A stretch of 64,000 nucleotides of DNA, taken from NCBI GenBank assembly GCA_965261735.1, contig OZ253470.1, forward strand, positions 160,001-224,000, in the 5' to 3' direction. Under the pieces are notes generated by a model. The model was given only the letters and a program-made list of their open reading frames with translations. It was not told where the DNA came from and did not search any database. Below, piece after piece: positions 1 through 9,671 of the stretch. Positions within the stretch are counted from its first letter, which is position 1; each line of letters begins with the position of its first letter. Position numbers and translations under genes: made by a program. This DNA is from Alphaproteobacteria bacterium (lineage in GTDB: Bacteria; Pseudomonadota; Alphaproteobacteria; SHVV01).

Positions 1-579
1 GTGCCGCTCGATGAATTCGTCGACGCCTTCACCTTCACTCGCTTCGAGCCCTCGGGCATCGTCGAGGGCAACGAGGTGATCAAGATGTCGACCTCGATCG
101 TCGACTACGTATTCCGGGAGCTCGCGGTCTCCTATCTCAACCGCGAGGACCTCGCCCATGTCGACCTCGAGGACCTGCGCCACGACAGTATCGGCAAGGG
201 CGAGGCTCGCGCCGACACGGACGAAGCGGCGCATTCCGATCTGCGCCCCGCGGCGGACATGGGGCTCACCAGCATCGGTTATGTGCGCAACAATCTTTAT
301 GTGGTCAACGGCGGCTCGTCCGCCAAAGAGACCATGGCCGCGGCGCCCGCCGCGGTTATGACGGCGACCGTCGGTGTCCAGGCCGACGGCGACGCCGAAC
401 CCGCCGCCCTCGCCACGATGGCGGCGGCCGCGGTCGACGGCAAGCTGACGCGTATCCGCGAGGCGCGGATGCGCGGCTATGAGGGCGACGCTTGTAGTGA
501 GTGTGGCAACTTCACGCTGGTACGCAATGGGACCTGTCTCAAGTGTGACACCTGTGGCGCCACCAGCGGCTGCTCCTGA
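1..579 (+). CDS. nrdJ: Class II (B12-dependent) ribonucleotide reductase, C-terminal part (5' truncated by window)
   Basis: [10 protein letters not shown]...[15 protein letters not shown] segment and terminal Zn-ribbon [22 protein letters not shown] typical of alphaproteobacterial NrdJ. Confidence 0.9.
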   Translation: MPLDEFVDAFTFTRFEPSGIVEGNEVIKMSTSIVDYVFRELAVSYLNREDLAHVDLEDLRHDSIGKGEARADTDEAAHSDLRPAADMGLTSIGYVRNNLYVVNGGSSAKETMAAAPAAVMTATVGVQADGDAEPAALATMAAAAVDGKLTRIREARMRGYEGDACSECGNFTLVRNGTCLKCDTCGATSGCS

Positions 580-621
580 CCGCACGGTAGCGTACGCGTA
601 AGCATTGGTAGTCCTCCCTGC

Positions 622-657
622 AAAAAGGGGCGCGCTTACCGGCGCGCCCCTTTTTTT
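622..657. terminator. Bidirectional rho-independent terminator
   Basis: AAAAAGGGGCGCGC-ttaccg-GCGCGCCCCTTTTTTT hairpin with A and T tracts, between convergent genes. Confidence 0.9.
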
Positions 658-673
658 GTCCTGGGCGGCTCGC

Positions 674-931
674 TCAGGACCCGGGCGGCGATTGCTTGCC
701 GCCGCGCTGACGCCCGCGTCGACCGCGAAAGCGCAACATCAGCCCGAGAACGACGACACCTAGACCAAAGAGCGCCAGCGTCATCGGCTCGGCCAACACG
801 GTCAAAGCAAGCGGGTCCGCAACATCGAATGGGGTGATGCGCGCCGCTTGGGCGAGCGCGTTACCGTGCCAGGCAGCGAACGCCGCAAGGCACGCCATCC
901 CCACGCGCCACATCGAGAGGTGAAAAGCCAT
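674..931 (-). CDS. Miniature PEP-CTERM-like sorting-domain protein
   Basis: Signal peptide ending ALA, about 20 residues of passenger, then AEPMTLALFGLGVVVLGLMLRFRGRR (xEP motif, TM helix, Arg cluster). Start may be up to 943. Confidence 0.75.
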   Translation of the reverse strand: MAFHLSMWRVGMACLAAFAAWHGNALAQAARITPFDVADPLALTVLAEPMTLALFGLGVVVLGLMLRFRGRRGRQRGGKQSPPGS

Positions 932-975
932 GTCACGCACCAAACTCGTTTACAACCGTATCCAGCCCAAAACCG

Positions 976-992
976 TGCAAATATCACACCGA
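976..992 (-). promoter_or_regulatory. Putative sigma-54 (-24/-12) promoter
   Basis: Minus strand TCGGTGTGATATTTGCA = GG-N10-GC with TTGC at -12, about 45 bp upstream of the PEP-CTERM gene. Confidence 0.6.
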
Positions 993-1054
993 ACGGAAAA
1001 AAGACGCAATTACAAAGTTTTAATGAATTAACAGCCCCGCCCGCGCCCAACGAC

Positions 1055-1071
1055 TGTAAACTCTTCCGACA
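1055..1071. promoter_or_regulatory. Enhancer-binding-protein box (TGT-N11-ACA), PrsR-type
   Basis: TGTAAACTCTTCCGACA. Confidence 0.6.
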
Positions 1072-1157
1072 CCCCCGAGTGCATCGCGCTCAGGGAAATG
1101 CGTCAAACGCCCTGGTTTTACTAGAGATTTGGCGCCGCCATCAGGATTTGGCCGAAC

Positions 1158-1174
1158 TGTCAGGTTTCTTTACA
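1158..1174. promoter_or_regulatory. Second enhancer box (TGT-N11-ACA), inverted
   Basis: TGTCAGGTTTCTTTACA; reverse complement TGTAAAGAAACCTGACA resembles box 1. Confidence 0.55.
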
Positions 1175-1252
1175 GAGTTAGCCGGATTGGGCTCGACCTC
1201 CGGATTTACAGGGACGCGGCGCTGAACTACGGTAGCGACGCACGGAGTTGTC

Positions 1253-2410
1253 ATGTCGACCACACCCGCCGCCGAAAAGCCCAAGTTCGCCGTTCATATC
1301 GCTCGCGACGACGGCGAGCGGCAACGCATCTTCCGTTTCCGCTACCAATGCCTGACCCAAGAGATGGGCGCCGACTCGGTGCACGCGGATCACAATAAGA
1401 AGACGCTGAGCGACGACCTCGACGCCCGCGCGATCCAGCTCTACATGACCGAGGGAGGTCAGGTGATCGCGGCCGTGCGAATAAACGTGGTCGAGGACGG
1501 CATACCGCAGCCGCTCTCCGACCATCTCAAATTCGAGGCGTTCAAGGACTTTCCCGCCAGCTCCCTAACGCTTACCTCGCGCCTGATGGTGGCCGCCGAC
1601 TGGCGCGCCTCGGGGGCGACACAGGTGCTTCTCGGCGCCGCCTACAAGATCGCGCAAAAGCGCGGCAGCCGCTTCGATTTCTGCGCTTGCGGCCCGGCAC
1701 TGGTGGAGATTTTCGAACTCCTCGGCTACCGCCGCTACACGAGCAATTTCGTCGATGAGGACGACGGTTATCAGATACCGCTCGTCATGGTCATGGAAGA
1801 TGCCGCCTATTTGCTCGCGATCCGATCGCCGTTCGCACGGCTCGCCATCGAATCGAAATCCGGAGACAATGCGGTCGCTTGGTTCACGAAGCACTTTGGC
1901 GACCACGTGGCGCCGGTGCTCACGCGGCGCATGAACGAAGAGCAGTTCTGGGAGTTCCTCACGGAACGCATGCACCAGACGCCCCTCGTCGGCATCCCGC
2001 TGCTCGAAGGCATCCGCTTCGCGGACGCGAAGCGGTTGGTCAAGGCGGGCACGGTGTTGCGCTGCAAGGCCGGCGACCGGATCGTACGCGCCGGCGAGGT
2101 CGGCCGCGAAATGTTCGTCGTCCTCAGCGGCGCCGTCGAAGTGCAGGGCGACGCCGGGAACGCCCTGACCACGCTCGGTGCCGGCGCCCTGTTCGGGGAA
2201 ATAGGCCTCTTCAGCCAGTCGCCGCGCACGGCCAACGTCGTCGCCAAACAGGATGTCGAGGTGCTGGTGCTAACCCAGGACTTCATCACACGAAGCATGA
2301 AATCCATGCCCGAAGTCGCAGCGGCGCTATTGTTCAACCTGTCGCGGATCCTTAGCGCGAGGCTGCGCGACAGCACGCGCCAGTGGATCGACGCTTGCCT
2401 ATCCGGTTAA
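1253..2410 (+). CDS. GNAT-fold N-acyl amino acid synthase (FeeM-like) fused to a cNMP-binding domain; C-terminus replaced by IS1595
   Basis: RQRIFRFRY and SRLMVAADWRASG in the N-terminal half; MFVVLSGAVEV...FGEIGLFSQSPRTANV phosphate-binding cassette; last codons (CLSG*) come from the IS end. Confidence 0.75.
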   Translation: MSTTPAAEKPKFAVHIARDDGERQRIFRFRYQCLTQEMGADSVHADHNKKTLSDDLDARAIQLYMTEGGQVIAAVRINVVEDGIPQPLSDHLKFEAFKDFPASSLTLTSRLMVAADWRASGATQVLLGAAYKIAQKRGSRFDFCACGPALVEIFELLGYRRYTSNFVDEDDGYQIPLVMVMEDAAYLLAIRSPFARLAIESKSGDNAVAWFTKHFGDHVAPVLTRRMNEEQFWEFLTERMHQTPLVGIPLLEGIRFADAKRLVKAGTVLRCKAGDRIVRAGEVGREMFVVLSGAVEVQGDAGNALTTLGAGALFGEIGLFSQSPRTANVVAKQDVEVLVLTQDFITRSMKSMPEVAAALLFNLSRILSARLRDSTRQWIDACLSG

Positions 2411-3634
2411 CGCCCATGACCGCTACATGTAGGGTGCCACCACTCTCCCGAGTAAAGCTCGGCATAGGTTGGAGCAGAGGTGTCGCCCGCGATGCCGAGC
2501 AATGAGCGGAAGGCGTTGAACGGGTAGAACCGCCTGTTGAAGCGGAAGGTGAACTCGTTGAGGTAGGCTTGTAGGTGCTGGTGGCTAACGCCGTGGTGGA
2601 TACCGATCAGCCACGTCTTCAGGTTGGCGAAAACCAGATGGATGATCGGCAGGTATTGCTCGGCAACCTCTGGATCACCACACTCGGCAACAGCGAAGTG
2701 CTCATAGCCGCGCTTACCGAGGCCAGCATAGCCGCTCCAATCGTCAGTAACGATCAGCGATCGCGGCGCGACGGTGCTCTCGACGAACCCACAGAGCGAC
2801 TCGGCGCTAGGGAGTATCCGGAATTTTGTGCTTTGGGCCATAGTGATGAAAAAGAAAGGAGCATCCTATGGCAATCGAGAAGGAACTATTGGACCAGCTG
2901 TTGGAGGGGCGTGATCCGGAAACGGTATTCACCCAGGACGGTCTGCTTGACGAGTTGAAGAAAGGGCTGTCGGAACGTGTCCTGAATGCGGAGCTCGACG
3001 CGCATCTCGATGCGGAAACGGCGGATGGAAAAACCAATCGCCATAACGGCCGATCGCAGAAGACGGTCCTCACGGGTACGTCGAAGGTGACGCTGGATAT
3101 TCCACGTGACCGGGCCGGCACCTTCGATCCGCAGCTGATCGCTAAATACCAGCGCCGGTTCCCGGACTTCGACGAGAAGATCATCTCCATGTATGCCCGC
3201 GGCATGACGGTCCGCGAGATCCGCGGTCACCTTCAGGAGCTGTACGGTATAGAGGTCTCACCGGACCTGATCTCAACGGTCACCGATGCCGTTCTCGAGG
3301 AGGTGAGCGAATGGCAGAACCGGCCGCTGGATGCCTGCTACGCCATCGTTTTCTTCGACGCCATCCGGGTCAAGATCCGCGACGAGGGGTTCGTTCGCAA
3401 CAAGGCGGTGTATATCGCCCTCGCCATTCTTCCCGATGGCACCAAGGAGATCCTCGGTCTGTGGATCGAGCAGACCGAAGGCGCCAAGTTCTGGCTGCGC
3501 GTCATGAATGAGCTCAAGAACCGGGGCGTGCAGGACATCCTGCTCGCCGTCGTCGATGGTCTCAAGGGCTTCCCCGAGGCGATCAACGCCACCTTCCCCG
3601 AGACTGTGGTTCAGACCTGTATCGTCCACCTGAT

Positions 3635-5028
3635 GGCTGTGTCTCGAAAGTGGTGGAAATTTGAGGATGGCGTAATCTCCGGGTGACAAGACAACCACCC
3701 AATCGGCGGCTAGCACCGCCAAGGAGATCACGCCATGAAGAACACTACCGAGACTTCCGCGCTTTCGCTACTGGCCAATGACGCCGGCTATGATCCGATC
3801 GAGGACCGGCTGCGGGAGAACATCAGATCCACGATCGAGGCCGTTTTTGAGGAGGAACTTGCGCAGTTTCTCGGGCGCTGCCGATACGGTCGAGAGGACG
3901 CGCTTCGGCAAGGGTATCGGAACGGGCACCGGGAGCGGCAACTGACGGGGACATTCGGGACCGAGAGGGTGAGCGTGCCGCGTGCGCGGATCGTTGAGGA
4001 AGACGGTCGGGCGTCGGAATGGCGTTCGCGGGCGCTGCCGCGCTACCAGCGGCTGACCAGAAAGGCCGAGGCGCTGATCGCTTCGGTGTATCTGTCCGGA
4101 ACCAACACGCGGCGGGTGAAACGCGCGCTGTTCGGGCTCTTCCGGGGTGCTGTGAGCAAGGACGTTGTGAGCCGGGCGTGGCGCAAGGTGAAGGTCGATT
4201 GGGACGCCTGGTGCAGCCGTGGCCTCGCGGATGAGGATATCGTTCGGCTGATCCTTGACGGCACTGTGATCAAGACCCGACTGGACCGCAAGGCCACCAA
4301 CATCTCGGTTCTCGCGGCTATAGGGGTGCGCCGGGATGGCCAGAAGGTCTTGCTTTCGATCGGGAATATGGGCGGAGAAAGCCAGGCGGCGTGGCGCCAG
4401 TTCCTCGACGACCTTGATGCGCGTGGACTGAAACGGCCCGGGTTTGTCATCGTCGATGGCGCGCCGGGACTGGAGGCGGCTCTGTCGGCGCTTTGGGGCG
4501 ATGACCTTCCCGTTCAACGCTGCACCGTGCACAAGCACCGCAACCTTCTGGGTCATGCTCCCAAACACATGCATGACGAGCTGAGCGAAGATTACCGCGA
4601 TATGATCTATGCCGACACTGCCTCCGAGGTGGAAACCCGCCGCAAGGCGTTTGTCCGCAAGTGGCGGCTGAAATGCAGGGCCGTCGCGGACAGCCTCGCA
4701 GAAGCGGGCGACAAGCTCTTTACCTTCACGCGCCTGTCCAAGAGCCAATGGAAATCAGCCCGAACGACCAACGCCATTGAGCGTCTCAACGAGGAGTTCA
4801 AGCGCCGGATCAAAACACAGACCGTGCTGCCGTGTCCCGAAACAGTGCCGATGCTCCTCTGGGCACTCCTCGCTTCCGGCCAAATCCAGATGCGCAAAGT
4901 CGATGGATGGGAAACCCTCGATCAGCTAATCGCCGACGAAACCCTTGACCGCGCAGCCTGACCGCCGCAAAACTCAACCCGCTCGGAGAGGCGCCAAAAC
5001 CAATTTCCACCACTTTCGAGACACAACC
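3635..5028 (+). mobile_element. IS256-family element B, apparently intact
   Basis: 27-bp IRs GGCTGTGTCTCGAAAGTGGTGGAAATT with 1 mismatch; TSD CACCTGAT/CGCCTGAT. Confidence 0.95.
3735..4961 (+). CDS. IS256 (Mutator-type) DDE transposase
   Basis: LILDG, IVDGAPGL, QRCTVH, TTNAIERLNEEFKRR motifs; RBS AAGGAG. Confidence 0.95.
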   Translation: MKNTTETSALSLLANDAGYDPIEDRLRENIRSTIEAVFEEELAQFLGRCRYGREDALRQGYRNGHRERQLTGTFGTERVSVPRARIVEEDGRASEWRSRALPRYQRLTRKAEALIASVYLSGTNTRRVKRALFGLFRGAVSKDVVSRAWRKVKVDWDAWCSRGLADEDIVRLILDGTVIKTRLDRKATNISVLAAIGVRRDGQKVLLSIGNMGGESQAAWRQFLDDLDARGLKRPGFVIVDGAPGLEAALSALWGDDLPVQRCTVHKHRNLLGHAPKHMHDELSEDYRDMIYADTASEVETRRKAFVRKWRLKCRAVADSLAEAGDKLFTFTRLSKSQWKSARTTNAIERLNEEFKRRIKTQTVLPCPETVPMLLWALLASGQIQMRKVDGWETLDQLIADETLDRAA

Positions 5029-6094
5029 CGCCTGATCCGCCATTCCATGAATTTTGCGTCATGGAAGGATCGAAAACATGTGGCCAAGGCGCTCAGGGAC
5101 GTATACCGGGCCAAGGACGCCGATGCCGGCCTGGCGGCGCTGGATGCCTTCGAGGCCGGCCCCTGGGGCGAGAAATATCCGGCCATCGCACAGAGCTGGC
5201 GGCGCAACTGGGAACACGTCTCGCCCTTCTTTGTCTTCCCCGAGGCGGTACGCAGGATTGTCTACACCACAAACGCCATCGAGTCGCTCAACGCCAAGAT
5301 CCGGCGCGCTGTCCGCACCCGCGGCCACTTCCCCAGTGACGAGGCCGCCTCGAAGTTGTTATATCTCGTTCTCGATCATGCGGCCGAGACGTGGAAACGT
5401 CCGCCGCGGGAATGGTTCGAGGCCAAAACACAGTTCGCCGTCATCTTCGGCGAAAGGTTCGTCAATGTCTGACAAAACGGCCCGAGCACAAATCTTCTGA
5501 CACTCCCCGGCGCTACGGTCGAGCACGACGGCGAGCCGAACGCGTCCGGCATAGCGTCCGTCTTTCCGGTTGTCGAGCTTGGTGCCCGGCTTTCGATGAC
5601 GCACCTCGATGGCACAGGAGACGGGAACCTTGTGGTGAACACCACGGCCTTCCCCACGCGTTCGCCCGCCAACCCAGGTTTCGTCCACCTCAACATGGTT
5701 CTTGGGCTGTCCACCGATCCTGTCTTGGTTGGGCCGCACCATGCCCGAGCGGAGCTTGTGGAGAATTTGAAAGGCCGTCTCGTAGCGCGAAAGACCAAGT
5801 TGCCGCTGAAACTGCACGGCGGACATGCCGGGCGTCTGACTGGCGACCAGATAAGCGGCCCAGAACCAGACGTTCAGCGGAGTGTGGCTACGCTCCATCA
5901 CTGTTCCCACCGTCAGCCCGGTGTTCTGGCGGCACTTGCGGCAGCGCAGGACGCCAGGGCGGTTTTCAAAGTGGAACGGCTCTCCCGCCGTGCCGCAGTG
6001 CGGGCAGGCAAAGCCGTCTCCCCAGCGGGCTTTCTCCAGGTAGGCGGCGCAGGCCGCATCATCGGGGAAAAGTCGCTGGAACTCGGGTAGCGAA

Positions 6095-7528
6095 GATCGT
6101 GTCCCGCGGAGTGGTGTAAGAGCGTTGCGCTCTACGCGGCTCCCGGCGGGTAGGGCCGGGACGTTCAGGCTGCCACGGTGGGCAGCGTGATGGGGACACC
6201 ATCGCTCAGCGGAGCGATGGATTCCAGCGTCATGTATCTCCTTGAGACGGCCCACTCGTCGTTCTGCTCGAGAAGGATGGCGCCGACGAGCCGTGTGATG
6301 GCGGCTTCGTTGGGAAAGATACCGACGACGTTGGTGCGACGCTTGACCTCGGCATGGAGCCGTTCGATCGGGTTTGTGGAGTGCAATTTCTGGCGGTGCT
6401 CCCTGGGGAAGCTCATGTAGGCGAGGACGTCGTGCTCGGCTTCGTCCATGAGAACTGCCAGCTTGGGCACCTTGGGCCTGAGCTGGTCGGCGACCTGGCG
6501 CCACTGGACCTTCGCGCTGTCGGCGTCCTCCTGGGCGAAGGCGGAGACGACGCGCCGGCCCTGGCGGCCGGCATGGGCCAGCAGGTTGCGGGCGAAGTGC
6601 ACGCGGCAGCGCTGCCATGTGGCGCCGAGGATCCGGGTCGCGGCGGCCTTCAGGCCCTTGTGGTCGTCGGAGATCACCAGCTTCACGCCGCGCAGCCCGC
6701 GCCGGGCCAGCGAGCGCAGGAACTCGGTCCAGAAGGTCTCGGCCTCCGACGCGCCGATCGCCACGCCCAGGACCTCGCGGCGGCCTTGGTCGTTGACGGC
6801 CACAGCCACGGTCACCGCGACCGAGACGATGCGTCCGGTCTGGCGCACCTTCACGTAGGTGGCGTCGAGCCACAGATAGGGTCAGTCGCCCTCCAGCGGT
6901 CGATCGAGGAAGCCGGTGACCTTATCGTCGATCTCGCCGCACAGCCTGGAGACCTGGCTCTTGGAGGCGCCCGACATCCCCATCGCCTGGACCAGATCGT
7001 CGACCGAGCGGGTCGACACCCCCTGGATGTAGGCCTCCTGGATCACCGCAGCCAGCGCCTTCTCGGCCATCCGCCGCGGCTCCAGGAAGCCCGGGAAGTA
7101 GCTTCCCTTCCTCAGCTTCGGGATCTTCAGCTCGACCGTGCCGGCCCGCGTCTCCCAGGACCGGTCGCGGTAGCCGTTGCGATGGGTGATACGATCCGCC
7201 GAGCGCTCGCCGTGCCCGGCGCCGGTCAGGCCCTCAACCTCCAGTGCCATCAGCCGCTCGGCCGTGAAGCCGATCATCTCGCAAAGCAGATCGGCATCGG
7301 AGCTCTTCTCCAAAAGCGCGCGCAGGGTCATCATGTCCTGGGTCATCGTGGTTCTCCTTCGGGTCAGGTTGGTTTGCACTAGCCCAACCCTAAACCGGAA
7401 CCGCGATGGCCTCCGCTGTGGATAGCCGGCTTGCCTACGCCAGACTCTCGGCGGTCGCTACGGCAAGCCGCCTACCCACAGCTACCAGAGGCTCCAACAA
7501 CTCCTACACCACGTCCTGGGACACGACC
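6095..7528 (-). mobile_element. IS256-family element C
   Basis: IRs GATCGTGTCCC...GTGGTGTA / TACACCAC...GGGACACGACC; TSD GTAGCGAA (6087-6094, 7529-7536). Confidence 0.93.
6165..7346 (-). pseudogene. IS256 transposase with premature stop
   Basis: In-frame TGA at 6882-6884 where Trp is expected (LEGD*PYLWLDATY); remainder has QRCRVH and STNPIERL. Confidence 0.9.
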
Positions 7529-7654
7529 GTAGCGAATGCGGGAATGGGAGATCGGCGCGGTCGAGAACATCCATGGCGCGCTCCCCTATATCCGGTTTGC
7601 GCCCATTCTAGCCCTAGTGGGTGTGGGTGTAAACCGGATAAGCAAGGATCGACG

Positions 7655-7740
7655 CCGTTGGCGGCACGGCCGCGGCCAGCGATGCGCCAGAACCGGAGGG
7701 CGAGGCCGCGGCGGCGGGCGCGGGCGAGGCCGGTGCCTAG
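7655..7740 (+). pseudogene. Orphaned original C-terminal tail of the acyltransferase-cNMP gene
   Basis: Removing the IS and one TSD gives in-frame ...RQWIDAVGGTAAASDAPEPEGEAAAAGAGEAGA*. Confidence 0.85.
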
Positions 7741-7767
7741 CCCCCTCCGCCGATAGCGCCGAGCCCG

Positions 7768-9549
7768 CTAGTCCTTCGGTTGCGCTGGGAGCGCCAAGCG
7801 CACATGAAGCTCTTTGAGGTGGCGCTCCGAAACCGGCGCCGGTGCCCCCATCATGAGGTCCTCGGCGCGCTGGTTCATCGGGAACATGATGACCTCGCGA
7901 ATATTGGGCTCGTCGGCGATCAGCATGACGATACGATCGATGCCCGGCGCGATGCCGCCGTGCGGAGGCGCGCCGTAGCGCATGGCGCCGAGCAATCCGC
8001 CGAAACCCTTCTCGACCTCGTCACGGCCGTACCCGGCAATCTCGAACGCCTTGTACATCACCTCCGGCAAGTGATTGCGTATGGCCCCACTCGACAGTTC
8101 GACGCCGTTGCACACGACGTCATATTGGTGGCTGAGGATGGTCAGCGGGTCCTCGGTCGCGAGCGCTTCGAGCCCGCCCTGAGGCATCGAGAACGGATTG
8201 TGGCTGAACTCGAGGCGGCCGTCGATTTCGTCGCGCTCGTACATGGGAAAGTCGATCACCCAGCAAAAGCGGAAGGTGTCCGCCTCGATCAAATCGAGAT
8301 GCTCGCCGATCCGGGTGCGCGCGCGACCCGCCAGCGACGCCGCGTCGGGCGCCGCGGCGCAGGCGAAGAAGACCGCATCGCCGGTGGCGGCGCCGGTGGC
8401 GCTGCGGATGGCGTCGAGGCGGGCGTCATCGAGCTGCTTGGCGATCGGGCCGCGCGCGCCATCCTCGGCGAACACGATGTAGCCGAGACCGGCCGCGCCC
8501 TCCGCGCGCGCCCACTCGTTCATGCGGTCGAAGAAGCTGCGCGGCTGCGACGCCGCTCCCGGCGCCGGGATGGCGCGCGCCACCGCGCCGCGGGCGATCG
8601 CGGTGGCGAAAATACGAAAATTGGAGCCGCGGAAAGCTTCGGACACGTCGGCGATTTCGATCGGGTTACGCAGGTCCGGCTTGTCGGTGCCGTATTTCAG
8701 CGTCGCCTCCGCGTAGGGAATTCGCGGGAACGGCATCGGCGTGACCCGGCGGCTCGAAAACTCCGCGAATACCCCGTGAAGGACCGGCTCGACCGCCGCG
8801 AACACATCCTCCTGCTCGACGAACGACATTTCCACGTCGAGCTGATAGAACTCGCCGGGAGACCGGTCGGCGCGGGCATCCTCGTCGCGGAAACACGGAG
8901 CGATCTGGAAATAGCGGTCGAAGCCCGCGGCCATCACCAGCTGCTTGAACAATTGCGGGGCCTGCGGCAGGGCGTAGAAGCGGCCCGGATGCAGCCGGCT
9001 CGGCACGAGAAAATCGCGCGCCCCTTCAGGCGAGCTCGCGGTAAGGATCGGCGTTTGAAACTCGTTGAAACCCCGCTCCAGCATGCGCCTGCGAATGCTG
9101 GCGATCACCCGCGAACGCAGCATGATATTGTCGTGCAATCGCTGCCGGCGAAGGTCGAGATAGCGGTAGCGCAACCGAAGGTCCTCGGGATTGGGGTGAT
9201 CGCCGAACACCTGCAGGGGGAGTTCATCGGCCGAGGACAAAATTGCGAGATCGGCAATTCTCACCTCGACCTCGCCTGTCGGAATGGCGGGGTTGATCGT
9301 GTCCTCGCTACGCAGAACGAGGCCGCCCGTCACCGTAATCACGCTCTCGGGGCTCGCCGCGTCGAGCTGGTCGAACACCGTGCCGCCCGCCTCGGCCACA
9401 CATTGGGTCACGCCATAATGGTCTCGGAGGTCGACGAAAAGGAGGCCGCCGTGGTCGCGCTTGCGGTGCACCCAGCCCGACAGCCGCACGTCCTCGCCCA
9501 CCGAGTCCCGGCGCAGCTCGCCACAAGTATGGGTTCGATATTTGCGCAT
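7768..9549 (-). CDS. aspS: Aspartate-tRNA ligase (probably non-discriminating Asp/Asn type)
   Basis: [38 protein letters not shown]. Confidence 0.98.
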   Translation of the reverse strand: MRKYRTHTCGELRRDSVGEDVRLSGWVHRKRDHGGLLFVDLRDHYGVTQCVAEAGGTVFDQLDAASPESVITVTGGLVLRSEDTINPAIPTGEVEVRIADLAILSSADELPLQVFGDHPNPEDLRLRYRYLDLRRQRLHDNIMLRSRVIASIRRRMLERGFNEFQTPILTASSPEGARDFLVPSRLHPGRFYALPQAPQLFKQLVMAAGFDRYFQIAPCFRDEDARADRSPGEFYQLDVEMSFVEQEDVFAAVEPVLHGVFAEFSSRRVTPMPFPRIPYAEATLKYGTDKPDLRNPIEIADVSEAFRGSNFRIFATAIARGAVARAIPAPGAASQPRSFFDRMNEWARAEGAAGLGYIVFAEDGARGPIAKQLDDARLDAIRSATGAATGDAVFFACAAAPDAASLAGRARTRIGEHLDLIEADTFRFCWVIDFPMYERDEIDGRLEFSHNPFSMPQGGLEALATEDPLTILSHQYDVVCNGVELSSGAIRNHLPEVMYKAFEIAGYGRDEVEKGFGGLLGAMRYGAPPHGGIAPGIDRIVMLIADEPNIREVIMFPMNQRAEDLMMGAPAPVSERHLKELHVRLALPAQPKD

Positions 9550-9671
9550 GCCCCGCCCTCGGCCGTCGCGCCGGCCGCGGGCCGGACCGCACAACGGCAC
9601 GTTCGGCCACGGCTTGTCAAGCGCTTGTCGGTGCGGCAGCGCCGGACTTGGCGCGCCGGGCGCGGACCGCG

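Larger units (their letters stand above)
2810..5507 (+). mobile_element. IS256-family element A (transposase 2868-3634 + 5037-5472, split by element B)
   Basis: Ends GGGAGTATCCGGAATTTTGTGCT / AGCACAAATCTTCTGACACTCCC; TSD CGGCGCTA (2802-2809, 5508-5515); halves rejoin as ...QTCIVHLIRHSM..., 400 aa. Confidence 0.95.
2394..7646 (-). mobile_element. IS1595-family element (ISSod11-like), copy 1, interrupted by IS256 elements
   Basis: IRs CTTGCCTATCCGG / CCGGATAAGCAAG; 8-bp TSD GATCGACG (2386-2393, 7647-7654); transposase pieces 7574-7529, 6086-5508 and 2801-2407 rejoin in frame (1020 nt). Confidence 0.95.

Noticed and set aside
1020-1032. CtrA site TTAA...TTAAC
   Set aside because: Spacer is 4 nt, not the 7 nt of the CtrA consensus
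5359-6873. 504-aa ORF
   Set aside because: Accidental read-through across IS256-C, IS1595 and IS256-A junctions; only the middle is real transposase sequence
6882-6884. In-frame TGA as selenocysteine or recoding (also 14816-14818)
   Set aside because: These lie in decaying transposases with other lesions, and housekeeping genes use TGA as a normal stop
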